25,791 nt of DNA, taken from assembly GCA_964412415.1 (NCBI GenBank), contig CAYPOZ010000007.1, positions 5,984 through 31,774 on the forward strand. The letters run 5' to 3'. Position numbers and translations under genes: made by a program. The notes under the pieces are model-generated. The model ran no database searches and was not told the origin of the DNA. It saw nothing but the letters and a program-made list of their open reading frames with translations. This stretch comes from an uncultured Isosphaeraceae bacterium. GTDB lineage: Bacteria; Planctomycetota; Phycisphaerae; Phycisphaerales; SM1A02. Below are positions 1 through 8,650 of this stretch, one piece after another; position 1 is the stretch's first letter, and every line of letters starts with the position of its first letter.

Positions 1-38
1 AGAGCTGCGGCCGCCGGCCGCGCTCGTTCGGTGCATGA
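1..38 (+). CDS. Possible 3' end of an upstream gene (murE expected from dcw gene order)
   Basis: The frame starting at base 3 reads SCGRRPRSFGA-stop. Its TGA (36-38) overlaps the murF ATG (35-37) as ATGA, a typical coupling arrangement. The peptide is not diagnostic; identity is inferred only from usual gene order. Confidence 0.3.
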   Translation, partial: SCGRRPRSFGA

Positions 39-1579
39 GCGGCATGGATGCCAGGAGCGATGCGATGGATGCGATGAGCGGATGCGATGGGCGCAGCGGG
101 CGCGGCTTCATGACGCCGACGGAGCTTTGCTCGGCGCTAGGCGGGGAGTGGGCCGTGGCGCCCGGCTCGCCCTGCGCGCCGGGCCGTTGCTGCCGCGCAT
201 CGGCCGATGGCCAGCTCGCCGGCATCGGCACCGACACGCGTTCCGACCTCGAGGGCCGCGCGTTCTTCGCGCTTCGCGGGGAGCGCTTCGACGCCCACGA
301 CTACCTGCTCGACGCGCTGCGGGCAGGGGCTTCGCTGCTCGTCGTTGAGCGCGGGCGGTGGGGCCGCGTGCGTGTGGCGGACCCTGGCAGCGCGGCGGTG
401 CTGATGGTGGATGACGCGCGGCGCGCGCTCGTGGATGCTGCGCGCGCGTGGCGCGCACGGCTCGTCGGCATGCAGGTGGTCGGCGTGACAGGGAGCGCCG
501 GCAAGACGACCGTGAAGCGGCTGCTTCACGGGGTGCTCTCGCGCACCCTGCGCGGCACTGCAAGCCCCCGCAGCTTCAACAACGACGTCGGCGTGCCGAT
601 CACGCTGTGCGCGGCGCACGTTGACCACGACTACGTGATCTGCGAGATCGGGATGAATGCTCCCGGCGAGATCGCGATGCTCGCGGACATCGCGCAGCCC
701 ACCGTTGCCGTGGTCACCATGGTGGGGCGCGCGCACCTCGAGCGGCTTGGCTCGGTCGAGGCAATCGCGCGCGAGAAGCTGTCGCTCGTGTCGGCCCTGC
801 CGCCCGGCGGGCTGGCTGTGGTGCGCGGCGACAGCGCGATGATCGACGAGGCGCTGGCTCGCGCGCTCCCTGCGGGCGCGAGGGCGGTGCGATTCGGCGA
901 GGGGCCCGCGAACCACGTCAGGCTCGTCGGCCGCCGCAACGACGGCACAGGGCAGGTCATCTCCGTGGACGCGTGCGGACGCAGGATGGAGATGCGCATG
1001 GCGCTGCCCGGCATGCACAATGCGATGAACGCGCTCTCGGCGATCGCCGTCGGCATCGACCGTGGCATCCCGGATGCCGAGATCGCCGCGGGCCTCGCCG
1101 CGGTCGAGCCCGCGGACATGCGGATGGTGCGCCAGCAGGTGGGCTCGTACACGATCTTCAACGACGCGTACAACGCGAACCCCGATGCCGTGGCCGCCGC
1201 GCTCGGCGCATTCGCAGAGCTCGCGTCGCAGGCGCCGCGGCGCGTCGTGGTGCTTGGGGACATGCTTGAGCTCGGCGATGATGCGCCGGCGCTCCACGCG
1301 GAGACCGGCCGCACGGTCATGCGGTCCTTTGCGGGCGGTCCGCCCGAACTGGCGATCTTTGTCGGCAGGCTCTCCGCGCATGCGGCCGTCGCCGCGCGCG
1401 AGTCGAGGGGTGCCAACGTGCTGCACGTGCCCGACCTGCAGCCTGCATCCATGGCGCTGGTCGCCGAGGCGCTCGAGCCCGGCGACGCGATTCTCCTCAA
1501 GGGCTCGCGCGGAAGCGCGATGGAGCGTCTGCTCGGCGCGCTGCAGGCGCCGGCAGCGCAAGGGCGCAGCGCCGCCTAG
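35..1579 (+). CDS. murF: UDP-N-acetylmuramoyl-tripeptide--D-Ala-D-Ala ligase
   Basis: Mur ligase motifs: GVTGSAGKTT P-loop, SFNNDVGVP, EIGMNAPGEI, DAYNANP, LGDMLELG, LLKGSRG. Lies directly upstream of mraY. Start is 35 (ATGA overlap) or 110. Confidence 0.95.
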   Translation: MSGMDARSDAMDAMSGCDGRSGRGFMTPTELCSALGGEWAVAPGSPCAPGRCCRASADGQLAGIGTDTRSDLEGRAFFALRGERFDAHDYLLDALRAGASLLVVERGRWGRVRVADPGSAAVLMVDDARRALVDAARAWRARLVGMQVVGVTGSAGKTTVKRLLHGVLSRTLRGTASPRSFNNDVGVPITLCAAHVDHDYVICEIGMNAPGEIAMLADIAQPTVAVVTMVGRAHLERLGSVEAIAREKLSLVSALPPGGLAVVRGDSAMIDEALARALPAGARAVRFGEGPANHVRLVGRRNDGTGQVISVDACGRRMEMRMALPGMHNAMNALSAIAVGIDRGIPDAEIAAGLAAVEPADMRMVRQQVGSYTIFNDAYNANPDAVAAALGAFAELASQAPRRVVVLGDMLELGDDAPALHAETGRTVMRSFAGGPPELAIFVGRLSAHAAVAARESRGANVLHVPDLQPASMALVAEALEPGDAILLKGSRGSAMERLLGALQAPAAQGRSAA

Positions 1580-1594
1580 CGCGGACCGCAGCCG

Positions 1595-2797
1595 ATGCTC
1601 TACTGGCTCACCGAACTGCTGCAGGGCTGGCTCGACGACCGCGGGCTCTTCCCGCTGGTCATGGTGATGTACCAGCAGGAGTTCCGCGCATTCGGTGCAG
1701 TGCTCCTGTCCTTCGTCCTTGTGCTGGCCTTCGGCCGTCGCGTCATCCGGTGGCTGGCACGCCAGAAGATTGGCGACGCTCCCGAGTTCTACAACCCCGA
1801 CCTCAACGCGCTGATGGCATCGCGTGCGGGCACGCCCACGATGGGCGGGATCCTCATCATCGGCGCGATCGTCGTCACCGTGGCGCTGCTCGGTGACGTG
1901 GTGCACAACCGCTACGTGCACCTGGCGATGATCCTGACGCTGTGGCTCGCGTTCGTCGGAGGTATCGACGACTGGCTCAAGCTCACGGCGAGCCGCCGCA
2001 ACCCAGGCCAGCGCGAGGGCCTCTTCGCGTGGGAGAAGCTGCTGTTCCAGCTGGGGATCGGCGCGCTTGTGGGGTTCTTCCTGTGGAAGGCCGCGGCGGG
2101 CATGGACGGCCATGTGCTGAACCTGCCCTTCCAGCGGACGTACCCGCCCACGCCGACGGTCGAGTCGATCGTGCAGCCGCCGGTCGTCGACGGCAGCGTG
2201 ATCGTGCTCGGTGTCGGCGCGTTCACGATCCTGGCGATGCTGGTCATTGCGTTCATGTCGAACGCGGTGAACATCACCGACGGCATGGACGGCCTGGCGC
2301 CGGGCAACCTGGTCATCACGAGCTTCGCGCTGATGGTGATCGCGTGGATTGCGGGCAGCCCGCGCGCCGCGTACTTCCTCATGGTGCCGCATGTGGAGGG
2401 CACCGGCGAGCTCATGGTCGTGGCGGGCGCGATGGCTGGCGCGTGCCTTGGGTTCCTGTGGTTCAACTGCTCGCCCGCAAGCGTCTTCATGGGCGACACG
2501 GGCAGCCTGCCGATGGGCGGGCTCGTGGCGCTCATCGCGGTGGCCACGCGGCAGGAGGCGCTGCTGCCGCTGGTCGGCGGCATCTACATCATCGAGATCA
2601 GCAGCGTGATGCTGCAGACAGGCTGGTTCAAGTTCACCAAGCGCGCGCAGGGCGAGGGGCGCCGCATCTTCAGGTGCGCGCCGATCCACCACCACTTCCA
2701 CCTCGGCGGATGGAAGGAGCAGCAGGTGGTGACCCGCTTCTACATCATCTCGGTGGTGCTGGCGATGCTCGCGCTTGCCAGCCTGAAGCTCCGCTGA
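1595..2797 (+). CDS. mraY: Phospho-N-acetylmuramoyl-pentapeptide transferase
   Basis: Polytopic membrane protein with GTPTMGG, GIDDWLK, NAVNITDGMDGLA, FMGDTGSL and APIHHHF motifs. Confidence 0.97.
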   Translation: MLYWLTELLQGWLDDRGLFPLVMVMYQQEFRAFGAVLLSFVLVLAFGRRVIRWLARQKIGDAPEFYNPDLNALMASRAGTPTMGGILIIGAIVVTVALLGDVVHNRYVHLAMILTLWLAFVGGIDDWLKLTASRRNPGQREGLFAWEKLLFQLGIGALVGFFLWKAAAGMDGHVLNLPFQRTYPPTPTVESIVQPPVVDGSVIVLGVGAFTILAMLVIAFMSNAVNITDGMDGLAPGNLVITSFALMVIAWIAGSPRAAYFLMVPHVEGTGELMVVAGAMAGACLGFLWFNCSPASVFMGDTGSLPMGGLVALIAVATRQEALLPLVGGIYIIEISSVMLQTGWFKFTKRAQGEGRRIFRCAPIHHHFHLGGWKEQQVVTRFYIISVVLAMLALASLKLR

Positions 2798-2863
2798 CTG
2801 CGCAGTGCGGCGTGCGGCGGTGCGTGGGGCGTCCGGCGCCAGGGCCGCAAGCCCGTGCGCCGC

Positions 2864-3427
2864 TCAGTCGCCGTGCTTCTGCCGCAGCCGTGGGGAGAGC
2901 CGCAGCAGCAGCTGCACGCGCTCGAACTCGCAGATCCAGTCGGCGAGCGTGGCGGCCATCTCGTCGTCGGGCAGCGGCGCGCCGGGGAGCGGGCATGATG
3001 CGCCGAGCGCCCGCGCAGCCATCGCCCGGTAGCGCGAGACTGTGCGGTCGCCGAGCAGCGACACGAACTCGAACTCCTCGGACATCCAGATGACGGTGGG
3101 CACGCGGCGGCCGCCGCAGATCGTCACTCGCTCGGAGAGCTCCGCGTGCTCGTCGCGGTCGAGCCAGCGCAGGTCCGCCATCGGGCAGGCGTCGGCGATT
3201 GCGGCAAGCATGGGGCCCTGAGCGGAGCAGTCGCCGCACCAGATCCCGCTCAGGCAGATGACGGGCATGGTGCGCGTGAAGCTTCCAAGCAGGGCGCGCT
3301 GTGCCGATGTGAGGGCCACGCGCTGCCCGACCTCCTGCCACGGGCGTGCGCGCGACACGTCGGTGGCGAGGTACTGCGCGTAGGTGAGGCCTGCGTCGTG
3401 CGCGGCACGGAGCGTTGCGGCATCCAT
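2864..3427 (-). CDS. Thioredoxin-fold protein (thioredoxin_9-like)
   Basis: WCGDC CxxC motif, then LRWLDRDEHAEL and a VP cis-proline segment (GGRRVPTVIW). TACCCT box 7 nt before the ATG. Confidence 0.85.
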   Translation of the reverse strand: MDAATLRAAHDAGLTYAQYLATDVSRARPWQEVGQRVALTSAQRALLGSFTRTMPVICLSGIWCGDCSAQGPMLAAIADACPMADLRWLDRDEHAELSERVTICGGRRVPTVIWMSEEFEFVSLLGDRTVSRYRAMAARALGASCPLPGAPLPDDEMAATLADWICEFERVQLLLRLSPRLRQKHGD

Positions 3428-3507
3428 GGGGCGAAGGGTAGGCGCGGGAGCGGTGCCGGCGCACAGGTTCTGCCGTGTCGGTACAGCGTCAGGGAGGCGC
3501 CGGACGC

Positions 3508-6294
3508 TCAGCCGAGCAGTTCCCTCGTGCGGCGGAGCATGTCGAACGCCTGAAGCGGCGTCATCGACTCGAGCTGCGCCGAGCGCAGTGCAGCGAGCGC
3601 ATCCCGCTCTCCCGGGCTGGCTGCGGGCACGGTGCGGTCAGCCGAAGCGGCATCAGGCAACGCTTCCGATGCCGCGAGCGGTGGCGGCTCCGGCTCGGGC
3701 CCATCGAAGAGGCCAGGTTCGCGCGTCGGCGATCCGGCGGGCGTTCCGTGGACGGCGAGCGACTCGAGCACCGCGTGCGCGCGGCGGATGGTGGTCGCGG
3801 GCAGCCCGGCGAGCCGCGCGACATGGATGCCGTAGGAACGGTCGGCGCGGCCGGGCTCGATGCGGTGCAGGAAGACGATCTCGTCCTTCCACTCGCGCAC
3901 GGCGACGCGCAGGTTGCCGATGCGGGAGTCGGCATCGGCGAGCGCAGTGATCTCGTGGTAGTGCGTGGCGAAGAGCGTGCGGCACCCGCGTGCGGCGAGC
4001 GTCTCGGCGATTGCCCACGCGAGGCTCAGGCCATCGAGCGTGCTCGTGCCGCGGCCGATCTCGTCGAGCACCACCAGCGTTCGTCCGGTGGACCCATTGA
4101 GGATCTGCGCGGTCTCGGTCATCTCCACCATGAAGGTCGAGCGGCCTGCATGAAGCTCGTCGCCTGCGCCGATGCGCGCGAAGATGCGGTCGCAGAGCCC
4201 GACAGTGGCACGTTCGGCAGGCACGAAGGACCCTGCAAGCGCAAGCACGCACAGCAGCGCGTTCTGCCTGATGTAGGTGCTCTTGCCGGCCATGTTGGGG
4301 CCAGTGACAAGCGCGAGCACGGGCTGGCCTGGGCCGCCAAGCGCACAGTCGTTGGGCACGCACCCCGATCCGAGCGACTGGTCGAGCACGGGATGGCGGC
4401 CGCCCACGATCTCAAGCACGGGATCTGGGCTGATCGCCGGCTGCACCCAGCTGCGACGCACGGCCTGCTCTGCGAACGCGCACAGGCAGTCGAGCTCGGC
4501 GATGGTGCGTGCCGCGTCGGCGATGGCCGGCCCCGCCGCGGCCACGTGGCCGAGCAGTTCCTCGAAGAGCGCTCGCTCGCGCCCGTGGGCGCGCGACTCC
4601 GCGGAGAGGACGCGGTCCTCGTAGCCCTTGAGCTCCGCAGTGACGTAGCGCTCGGCATTGCGCAGCGTCTGCCGCCTCGTGAATGCGGCAGGCACCCGCA
4701 CCGAATGCGTGTGGGTCACCTCGATGTAGAAGCCGAACACGCGGTTGTAGCCGGTGCGGAGGCTCTCGATGCCCGTCTGCGCGATGAGCTGCGACTGGTA
4801 CTCGGCAAGCCACGCTCCTGCGTCGCGCTGGAGCCCACGCGCCTCGTCGAGCTCCGCATCGACGCCATCGCGGATGAGGCCGCCCTCGCGCAGGTGGGCG
4901 GGCGCATCGTCGATGCACGTTGCCGCAATGCGCAGCGAGAGCGGATCGAGCGACGGAACCGCTGATGCGAGCTGCGCGCACAGCGCAGCAAGCGGCTCGA
5001 GATCGCGCAGCGACTCGGCCAGCGGCGCGATCCGCGCAAGCGACCTCCCGAGCGCCACGGTGTCGCGGGGGGTGGCGCGGCGCATCGCGACGCGCCCATG
5101 GATGCGGGCGATGTCCTGCACGGAGGCGAGTGCGCGGCCCACCGCTGCGCGCAGCGCATCATCCGAGCACAGCACCGACACCGCCGCATGGCGTCCTCTC
5201 ACCGCGGCCGCGTCGCGCAGGGGATGAAGCAGCCACTCTCGCAGGAGTCGGCGTCCCATTGGCGTGCGTGGCGCGGCAAGGCTCCCCAGGAGCGACCCGT
5301 CGATCGCGCCCGAGAGCTGCGTGCGCTCGATCTCGAGGGCGCGCAGCGTCCAGGCGTCGATCTGCACCGCACTGTCACGGCTGACGCGGCGCGGCGTTTC
5401 GAGGTGCGCAAGGCTTCGCGTGCCCGCCGCGGTGCCGTGCGCACCATCAACGGCCAGGCCCGCCTGCGTGTCGAGCAGGTAGGTCAGCAGTGCGCCAGCC
5501 GCCCGGAGCTCCGGACCGTCGTCGCCGAGGCCGAAGCCACTGAGGTCCGTCACGCCGTAGTGGCGGCGGAAGGAATCGCGCGCGGTGCGCTCTGTCATCG
5601 TGCCCGGCGCTCGCGGCGCCGGCGATATCCCCATCGAGCGCAGCGCCACATCGAGCGCGGTGCCGTCGGCACCGGCGCATCCCTCGGCGTGAAGGGCCTC
5701 CGACGCGGCGGCACGCGTCAGCGCACCGTGCCAGCCAGATGCAGCGCAGGAGTGCACCTCGAAGGACCCGGTGCTGAGCTCCACGGTGGCGACTGCGGCA
5801 TGCTCGCCATCGATGACAATCGCCGCGATGCGGTTGGGCGCCCCATCCTCGAGGAGTGACTCGTCGACTCGGGTGCCCGGCGTGACGACGCGAACGACGG
5901 CACGCTCGACGACGCCCTTGGCTGCCTTGGGGTCCTCGATCTGCTCGCACACGGCGATGCGCTGGCCGGCCTCGACCAGTCTGCGGATGTACGTCTCCGC
6001 GGAGTGGAAGGGGACCCCGGCCATGGGGATCCCGCTGGTGCGTTCAGTCAGCGTGATGCCGAGGATCCTGTGCGCGACGACCGCATCGTCATCGAACATC
6101 TCGTAGAAGTCGCCCATCCGGAACAGGAGGATGCAGCCTGGGTGCGCCGACTTGAACCGCGCGTGCTGGCGCATCGCGGGGGTGTCGCGGTTGGGTGCGG
6201 GATGCGCGGGACCCTCCGCCCGATCCGGGCGAGGCTCGTCGCGCGAGGTGCGGTTCACCTGCGCCGGCGCGGCAGTGTCAGCGCGTTCTCCCAT
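3508..6294 (-). CDS. mutS: DNA mismatch repair protein MutS (MutS1)
   Basis: Mismatch-recognition RMGDFYE (Phe-X-Glu), Walker A GPNMAGKSTY, Walker B DEIGRGTST, SYGIHVARLAG, a clamp-motif-like PGLF and C-terminal MTPLQAFDML. Confidence 0.98.
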   Translation of the reverse strand: MGERADTAAPAQVNRTSRDEPRPDRAEGPAHPAPNRDTPAMRQHARFKSAHPGCILLFRMGDFYEMFDDDAVVAHRILGITLTERTSGIPMAGVPFHSAETYIRRLVEAGQRIAVCEQIEDPKAAKGVVERAVVRVVTPGTRVDESLLEDGAPNRIAAIVIDGEHAAVATVELSTGSFEVHSCAASGWHGALTRAAASEALHAEGCAGADGTALDVALRSMGISPAPRAPGTMTERTARDSFRRHYGVTDLSGFGLGDDGPELRAAGALLTYLLDTQAGLAVDGAHGTAAGTRSLAHLETPRRVSRDSAVQIDAWTLRALEIERTQLSGAIDGSLLGSLAAPRTPMGRRLLREWLLHPLRDAAAVRGRHAAVSVLCSDDALRAAVGRALASVQDIARIHGRVAMRRATPRDTVALGRSLARIAPLAESLRDLEPLAALCAQLASAVPSLDPLSLRIAATCIDDAPAHLREGGLIRDGVDAELDEARGLQRDAGAWLAEYQSQLIAQTGIESLRTGYNRVFGFYIEVTHTHSVRVPAAFTRRQTLRNAERYVTAELKGYEDRVLSAESRAHGRERALFEELLGHVAAAGPAIADAARTIAELDCLCAFAEQAVRRSWVQPAISPDPVLEIVGGRHPVLDQSLGSGCVPNDCALGGPGQPVLALVTGPNMAGKSTYIRQNALLCVLALAGSFVPAERATVGLCDRIFARIGAGDELHAGRSTFMVEMTETAQILNGSTGRTLVVLDEIGRGTSTLDGLSLAWAIAETLAARGCRTLFATHYHEITALADADSRIGNLRVAVREWKDEIVFLHRIEPGRADRSYGIHVARLAGLPATTIRRAHAVLESLAVHGTPAGSPTREPGLFDGPEPEPPPLAASEALPDAASADRTVPAASPGERDALAALRSAQLESMTPLQAFDMLRRTRELLG

Positions 6295-6316
6295 CGCTTC
6301 CGCAAGGTATCCGCGG

Positions 6317-6345
6317 TAGTCAGTGGCGGGGCAGGCGGGTATAGT
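6317..6345 (+). promoter_or_regulatory. Putative sigma70-type promoter of tRNA-Ala
   Basis: -35-like TAGTCA (6317-6322, 4/6 match to TTGACA), 17 nt spacer, -10 TATAGT (6340-6345, 5/6 match to TATAAT), 14 nt before the tRNA 5' end. Confidence 0.6.
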
Positions 6346-6359
6346 GGTCGGTCTCCCAT

Positions 6360-6432
6360 GGGGTGGTAGCTCAATTGGGAGAGCGCCTCGGTCGCATCGA
6401 GGAGGTTGTGAGTTCGATCCTCATCCACTCCA
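6360..6432 (+). tRNA. tRNA-Ala (anticodon CGC)
   Basis: Cloverleaf folded by hand: acceptor GGGGTGG/CCACTCC with the G3:U70 alanine identity pair, D arm GCTC/GAGC, anticodon stem CCTCG/CGAGG with loop GTCGCAT (CGC at 6393-6395), T arm GTGAG-TTCGATC-CTCAT, discriminator A73. CCA is not encoded. Confidence 0.95.
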
Positions 6433-6450
6433 CTGAAGCAATGACGAATG

Positions 6451-6475
6451 CCCCCGCGCCTGTGCGGGGGTTTTT
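6451..6475 (+). terminator. Intrinsic terminator downstream of tRNA-Ala
   Basis: Stem CCCCCGC/GCGGGGG with a 6-nt loop followed by TTTTT. Flanks GACGAA (6443-6448) and TTCGTC (6474-6479) can extend the stem. Confidence 0.85.
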
Positions 6476-6556
6476 CGTCGAGGCGCCGTGCCTCGCCCCC
6501 GGCCTGCGCAGACATGCCCAGGCGGGGACCGTCCCGCAGACTGAACGAGACTGCCT

Positions 6557-7549
6557 GTGGACATCTCACCGACCATCGCCCTGATCATCTCGCTCGCCGC
6601 AGTGTGCGCCGCCAGCGTCGCGGGCGGTGCTGTCGCGATCCGCATCCGCCTTGGGCACCGGGCGCTGCAGTTTGCGCTGAGCGCAGTGGCCGGCGTGATG
6701 CTTGGCGTGGCCTGCTTCCACATGCTGCCGCATGCGTTCATGGCACGAGGTCCCTCGGCCGTGGCCACGCATGATGGCATCGAGCCCGTGATGATCGCCG
6801 CGGTGCTCGGGTTCATCGTGATGTTCGTGCTTGCACGGTTCCTCGACCACCACCGGCACGAGCCGGTCGACGCGGTCGATCCCGATGGTGGGGCGCACGC
6901 CTGCAGCCATGGGCATCATGCGCATGCCCACAGCCATCCCCACGGTGCCGCGCCCGATCATGCCGGCGCCGGCGCGCCAGCGGTGCTTGGACGAGGCGGC
7001 TGGATCGGCGCCTTTGCCGGACTCGGGCTCCACAGCGCGCTTGAGGGCATCGCGATCGCTGCGGCCATCGAGCTTGGCGCGCGCGAGGGCCATGGCGCGC
7101 TGGCCGGCTTCGCCACCGTGCTCGTGGTGCTCCTTCACAAGCCATTCGACGCGATGACGCTCTCCACCATGCTTGCGGCGGCGGGCGCAAGCGCGGCGCG
7201 CCGCCACGTGATGAACGTGGTGTTCGCGGCGATCGTGCCGCTCGGCGCAGCGGCTTTCGCGCTTGGCATGCGCGGCGACAGCTCCGGGATCCTTGGGCTT
7301 GCGCTTGCGTTCAGCGCGGGCACTTTCCTGTGCATCGCGGCTGCGGACCTGCTGCCGGAGCTGCAGTTCCACTCGCATGACCGTCTTGGGCTCACGGCGG
7401 CGCTCGTCGCAGGGCTTGGGATCGCATGGGGCATCGGGCGGCTCGAGGCGGCGACGCACTCGCACGAGCATGGCGCGTCCTGCACCGACCCGAGCCACGA
7501 TCATGGCCACAGCCATGACCACGATCACAGCCATGATCCTGGTCCTTGA
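6557..7549 (+). CDS. ZIP-family divalent metal transporter, His-rich
   Basis: About 8 hydrophobic helices, ZIP-type TM4 LHSALEG and TM5 LLHKPFDA, GTFLCIAAADLLPEL near the end, a His-rich loop and a His-rich C-tail. GTG start. Confidence 0.9.
   Translation: MDISPTIALIISLAAVCAASVAGGAVAIRIRLGHRALQFALSAVAGVMLGVACFHMLPHAFMARGPSAVATHDGIEPVMIAAVLGFIVMFVLARFLDHHRHEPVDAVDPDGGAHACSHGHHAHAHSHPHGAAPDHAGAGAPAVLGRGGWIGAFAGLGLHSALEGIAIAAAIELGAREGHGALAGFATVLVVLLHKPFDAMTLSTMLAAAGASAARRHVMNVVFAAIVPLGAAAFALGMRGDSSGILGLALAFSAGTFLCIAAADLLPELQFHSHDRLGLTAALVAGLGIAWGIGRLEAATHSHEHGASCTDPSHDHGHSHDHDHSHDPGP
7496..7537 (+). repeat. Degenerate hexanucleotide (CAYRRY) tandem repeat, 7 units, encoding the His-X tail
   Basis: cacgat catggc cacagc catgac cacgat cacagc catgat, read directly from the sequence. 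Confidence 0.8.
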
Positions 7550-8123
7550 CAACTACGACTCGTTCACATGGAACCTTGTGCATGCGATCGGGCTGCAGAG
7601 GCCCGGCGCCGATGTGCGCGTGGTGCGCAATGACGAGCTCGATGCGGGGCAGCTCGCATCACTCGCGCTGTCCGCGCTCGTGATCTCTCCCGGACCGTGC
7701 TCTCCGGAGGAGAGCGGCATCTGCCGGGATGCGATCCGGGCGCTCGCGGGTCGCGTGCCGATCCTCGGGGTGTGCCTTGGCCACCAGGCGATGGCCGATG
7801 CGTTTGGGATGCGCGTCGTCAGGGCGCCCGAGCCCGTTCACGGGAAGACGAGTGCGGTGGAGCACGATGCCCGCGGGCTGTTCGGCGGCCTCCCGTGCCC
7901 GATCACGGTCGCGCGGTACCACTCGCTTGTCGTGGAGCGGTCCTCCGTGGCCGGCCCCTTCGAGGTGAGCGCGTGGACGCCTGAAGGCCTCGTCATGGGA
8001 CTGCGGTGGACCGGCCCTGGCTCCGGCAGCTGCCCCATGGACGGCGTGCAGTTCCATCCGGAGAGCTTCCTGAGCGGGGAAGGCCCGGCGCTTCTGGGCA
8101 ACTTCCTCCGCAACGTCGCGTGA
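7533..8123 (+). CDS. trpG: Class I glutamine amidotransferase (anthranilate/aminodeoxychorismate synthase component II, TrpG/PabA)
   Basis: MILVLDNYDSFTWNL N-terminus, ISPGPCSP, catalytic GVCLGHQ, HGKTS, ARYHSL and QFHPES. True start is 7533, not the 7263 ORF start. TrpG and PabA cannot be distinguished from sequence alone. Confidence 0.9.
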   Translation: MILVLDNYDSFTWNLVHAIGLQRPGADVRVVRNDELDAGQLASLALSALVISPGPCSPEESGICRDAIRALAGRVPILGVCLGHQAMADAFGMRVVRAPEPVHGKTSAVEHDARGLFGGLPCPITVARYHSLVVERSSVAGPFEVSAWTPEGLVMGLRWTGPGSGSCPMDGVQFHPESFLSGEGPALLGNFLRNVA

Positions 8124-8236
8124 GCTGCGGGCGCGGCACCGGTCCGTGAGCCCGCCGGCGCGCGCTCCGCGCAGCACGCTGGCACCATCCGGGAATGCAC
8201 GCCCGCTTGCGCACTCCCGCGATACCCTTCGTCACC

Positions 8237-8650
8237 ATGTCCACCACCGTGAGCGATGTCGCGACAGGCGTGCTCATGACCGCATCCGACGGTCATGTGG
8301 TCCTGCGCGTTCCCGGCACCAACTACATGATCAGGCTCGCGTGCGCCGCTGACGAGCGCGATCTTGCGCCGCACGTTGGCAGGCGGGTGAGCGGCATCGT
8401 GCATGCGAAGGCGCTGAAGATGAACCATGCCGCCGGCGGCGGCGTCTTCATCGAGCCTGTCGATGGGCATCCGCGCATTGTGCAGGGCCGCGTCATCGCG
8501 ACCGACATCGGGCGCAACCGCGTGCTTGCCGACGTCGTGGTGCCAATGTGGCTTGAGGTTGCGCCGGGTCAGGCCGCATCGGACTTCGCGACCGGCCAGC
8601 TCCTGAACTTCTACGTGCAGAGCGGCGCAACCTTCACTCCGGTGGGGTGA
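8237..8650 (+). CDS. Hypothetical beta-rich protein (137 aa)
   Basis: Open frame with GC-rich third positions and a TACCCT box 8 nt before ATG 8237. No family recognised with confidence. Confidence 0.7.
   Translation: MSTTVSDVATGVLMTASDGHVVLRVPGTNYMIRLACAADERDLAPHVGRRVSGIVHAKALKMNHAAGGGVFIEPVDGHPRIVQGRVIATDIGRNRVLADVVVPMWLEVAPGQAASDFATGQLLNFYVQSGATFTPVG

Noticed and set aside
137-2701. 854-aa antisense ORF, and similar long shadow ORFs (3475-4965, 6566-7552, 9883-10938, 11611-13245, 14458-16251, 18394-19785, 23715-24842)
   Set aside because: Each lies opposite a gene with clear family motifs, has no recognisable domain, and is expected in high-GC DNA where stop codons are rare.
6476-6556. 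Possible metal riboswitch (yybP-ykoY or NiCo) upstream of the ZIP gene
   Set aside because: Only small GC hairpins and a CGAGAC word are present; I found no GGGGAGTA-type loop or four-way junction. An Rfam/Infernal scan would settle it.
6360-6560. tRNA as an integration site for a genomic island
   Set aside because: I saw no integrase, no duplicated tRNA 3' end and no mobile genes; downstream genes look like core chromosome.
7263-7532. Long N-terminal extensions from the ORF track (7263, 8195, 9853, 11161, 13316, 14464, 17371, 17672, 19815)
   Set aside because: They overlap upstream genes or promoter boxes. Family homology, stop/start overlaps, SD or TANNNT spacing point to later starts.
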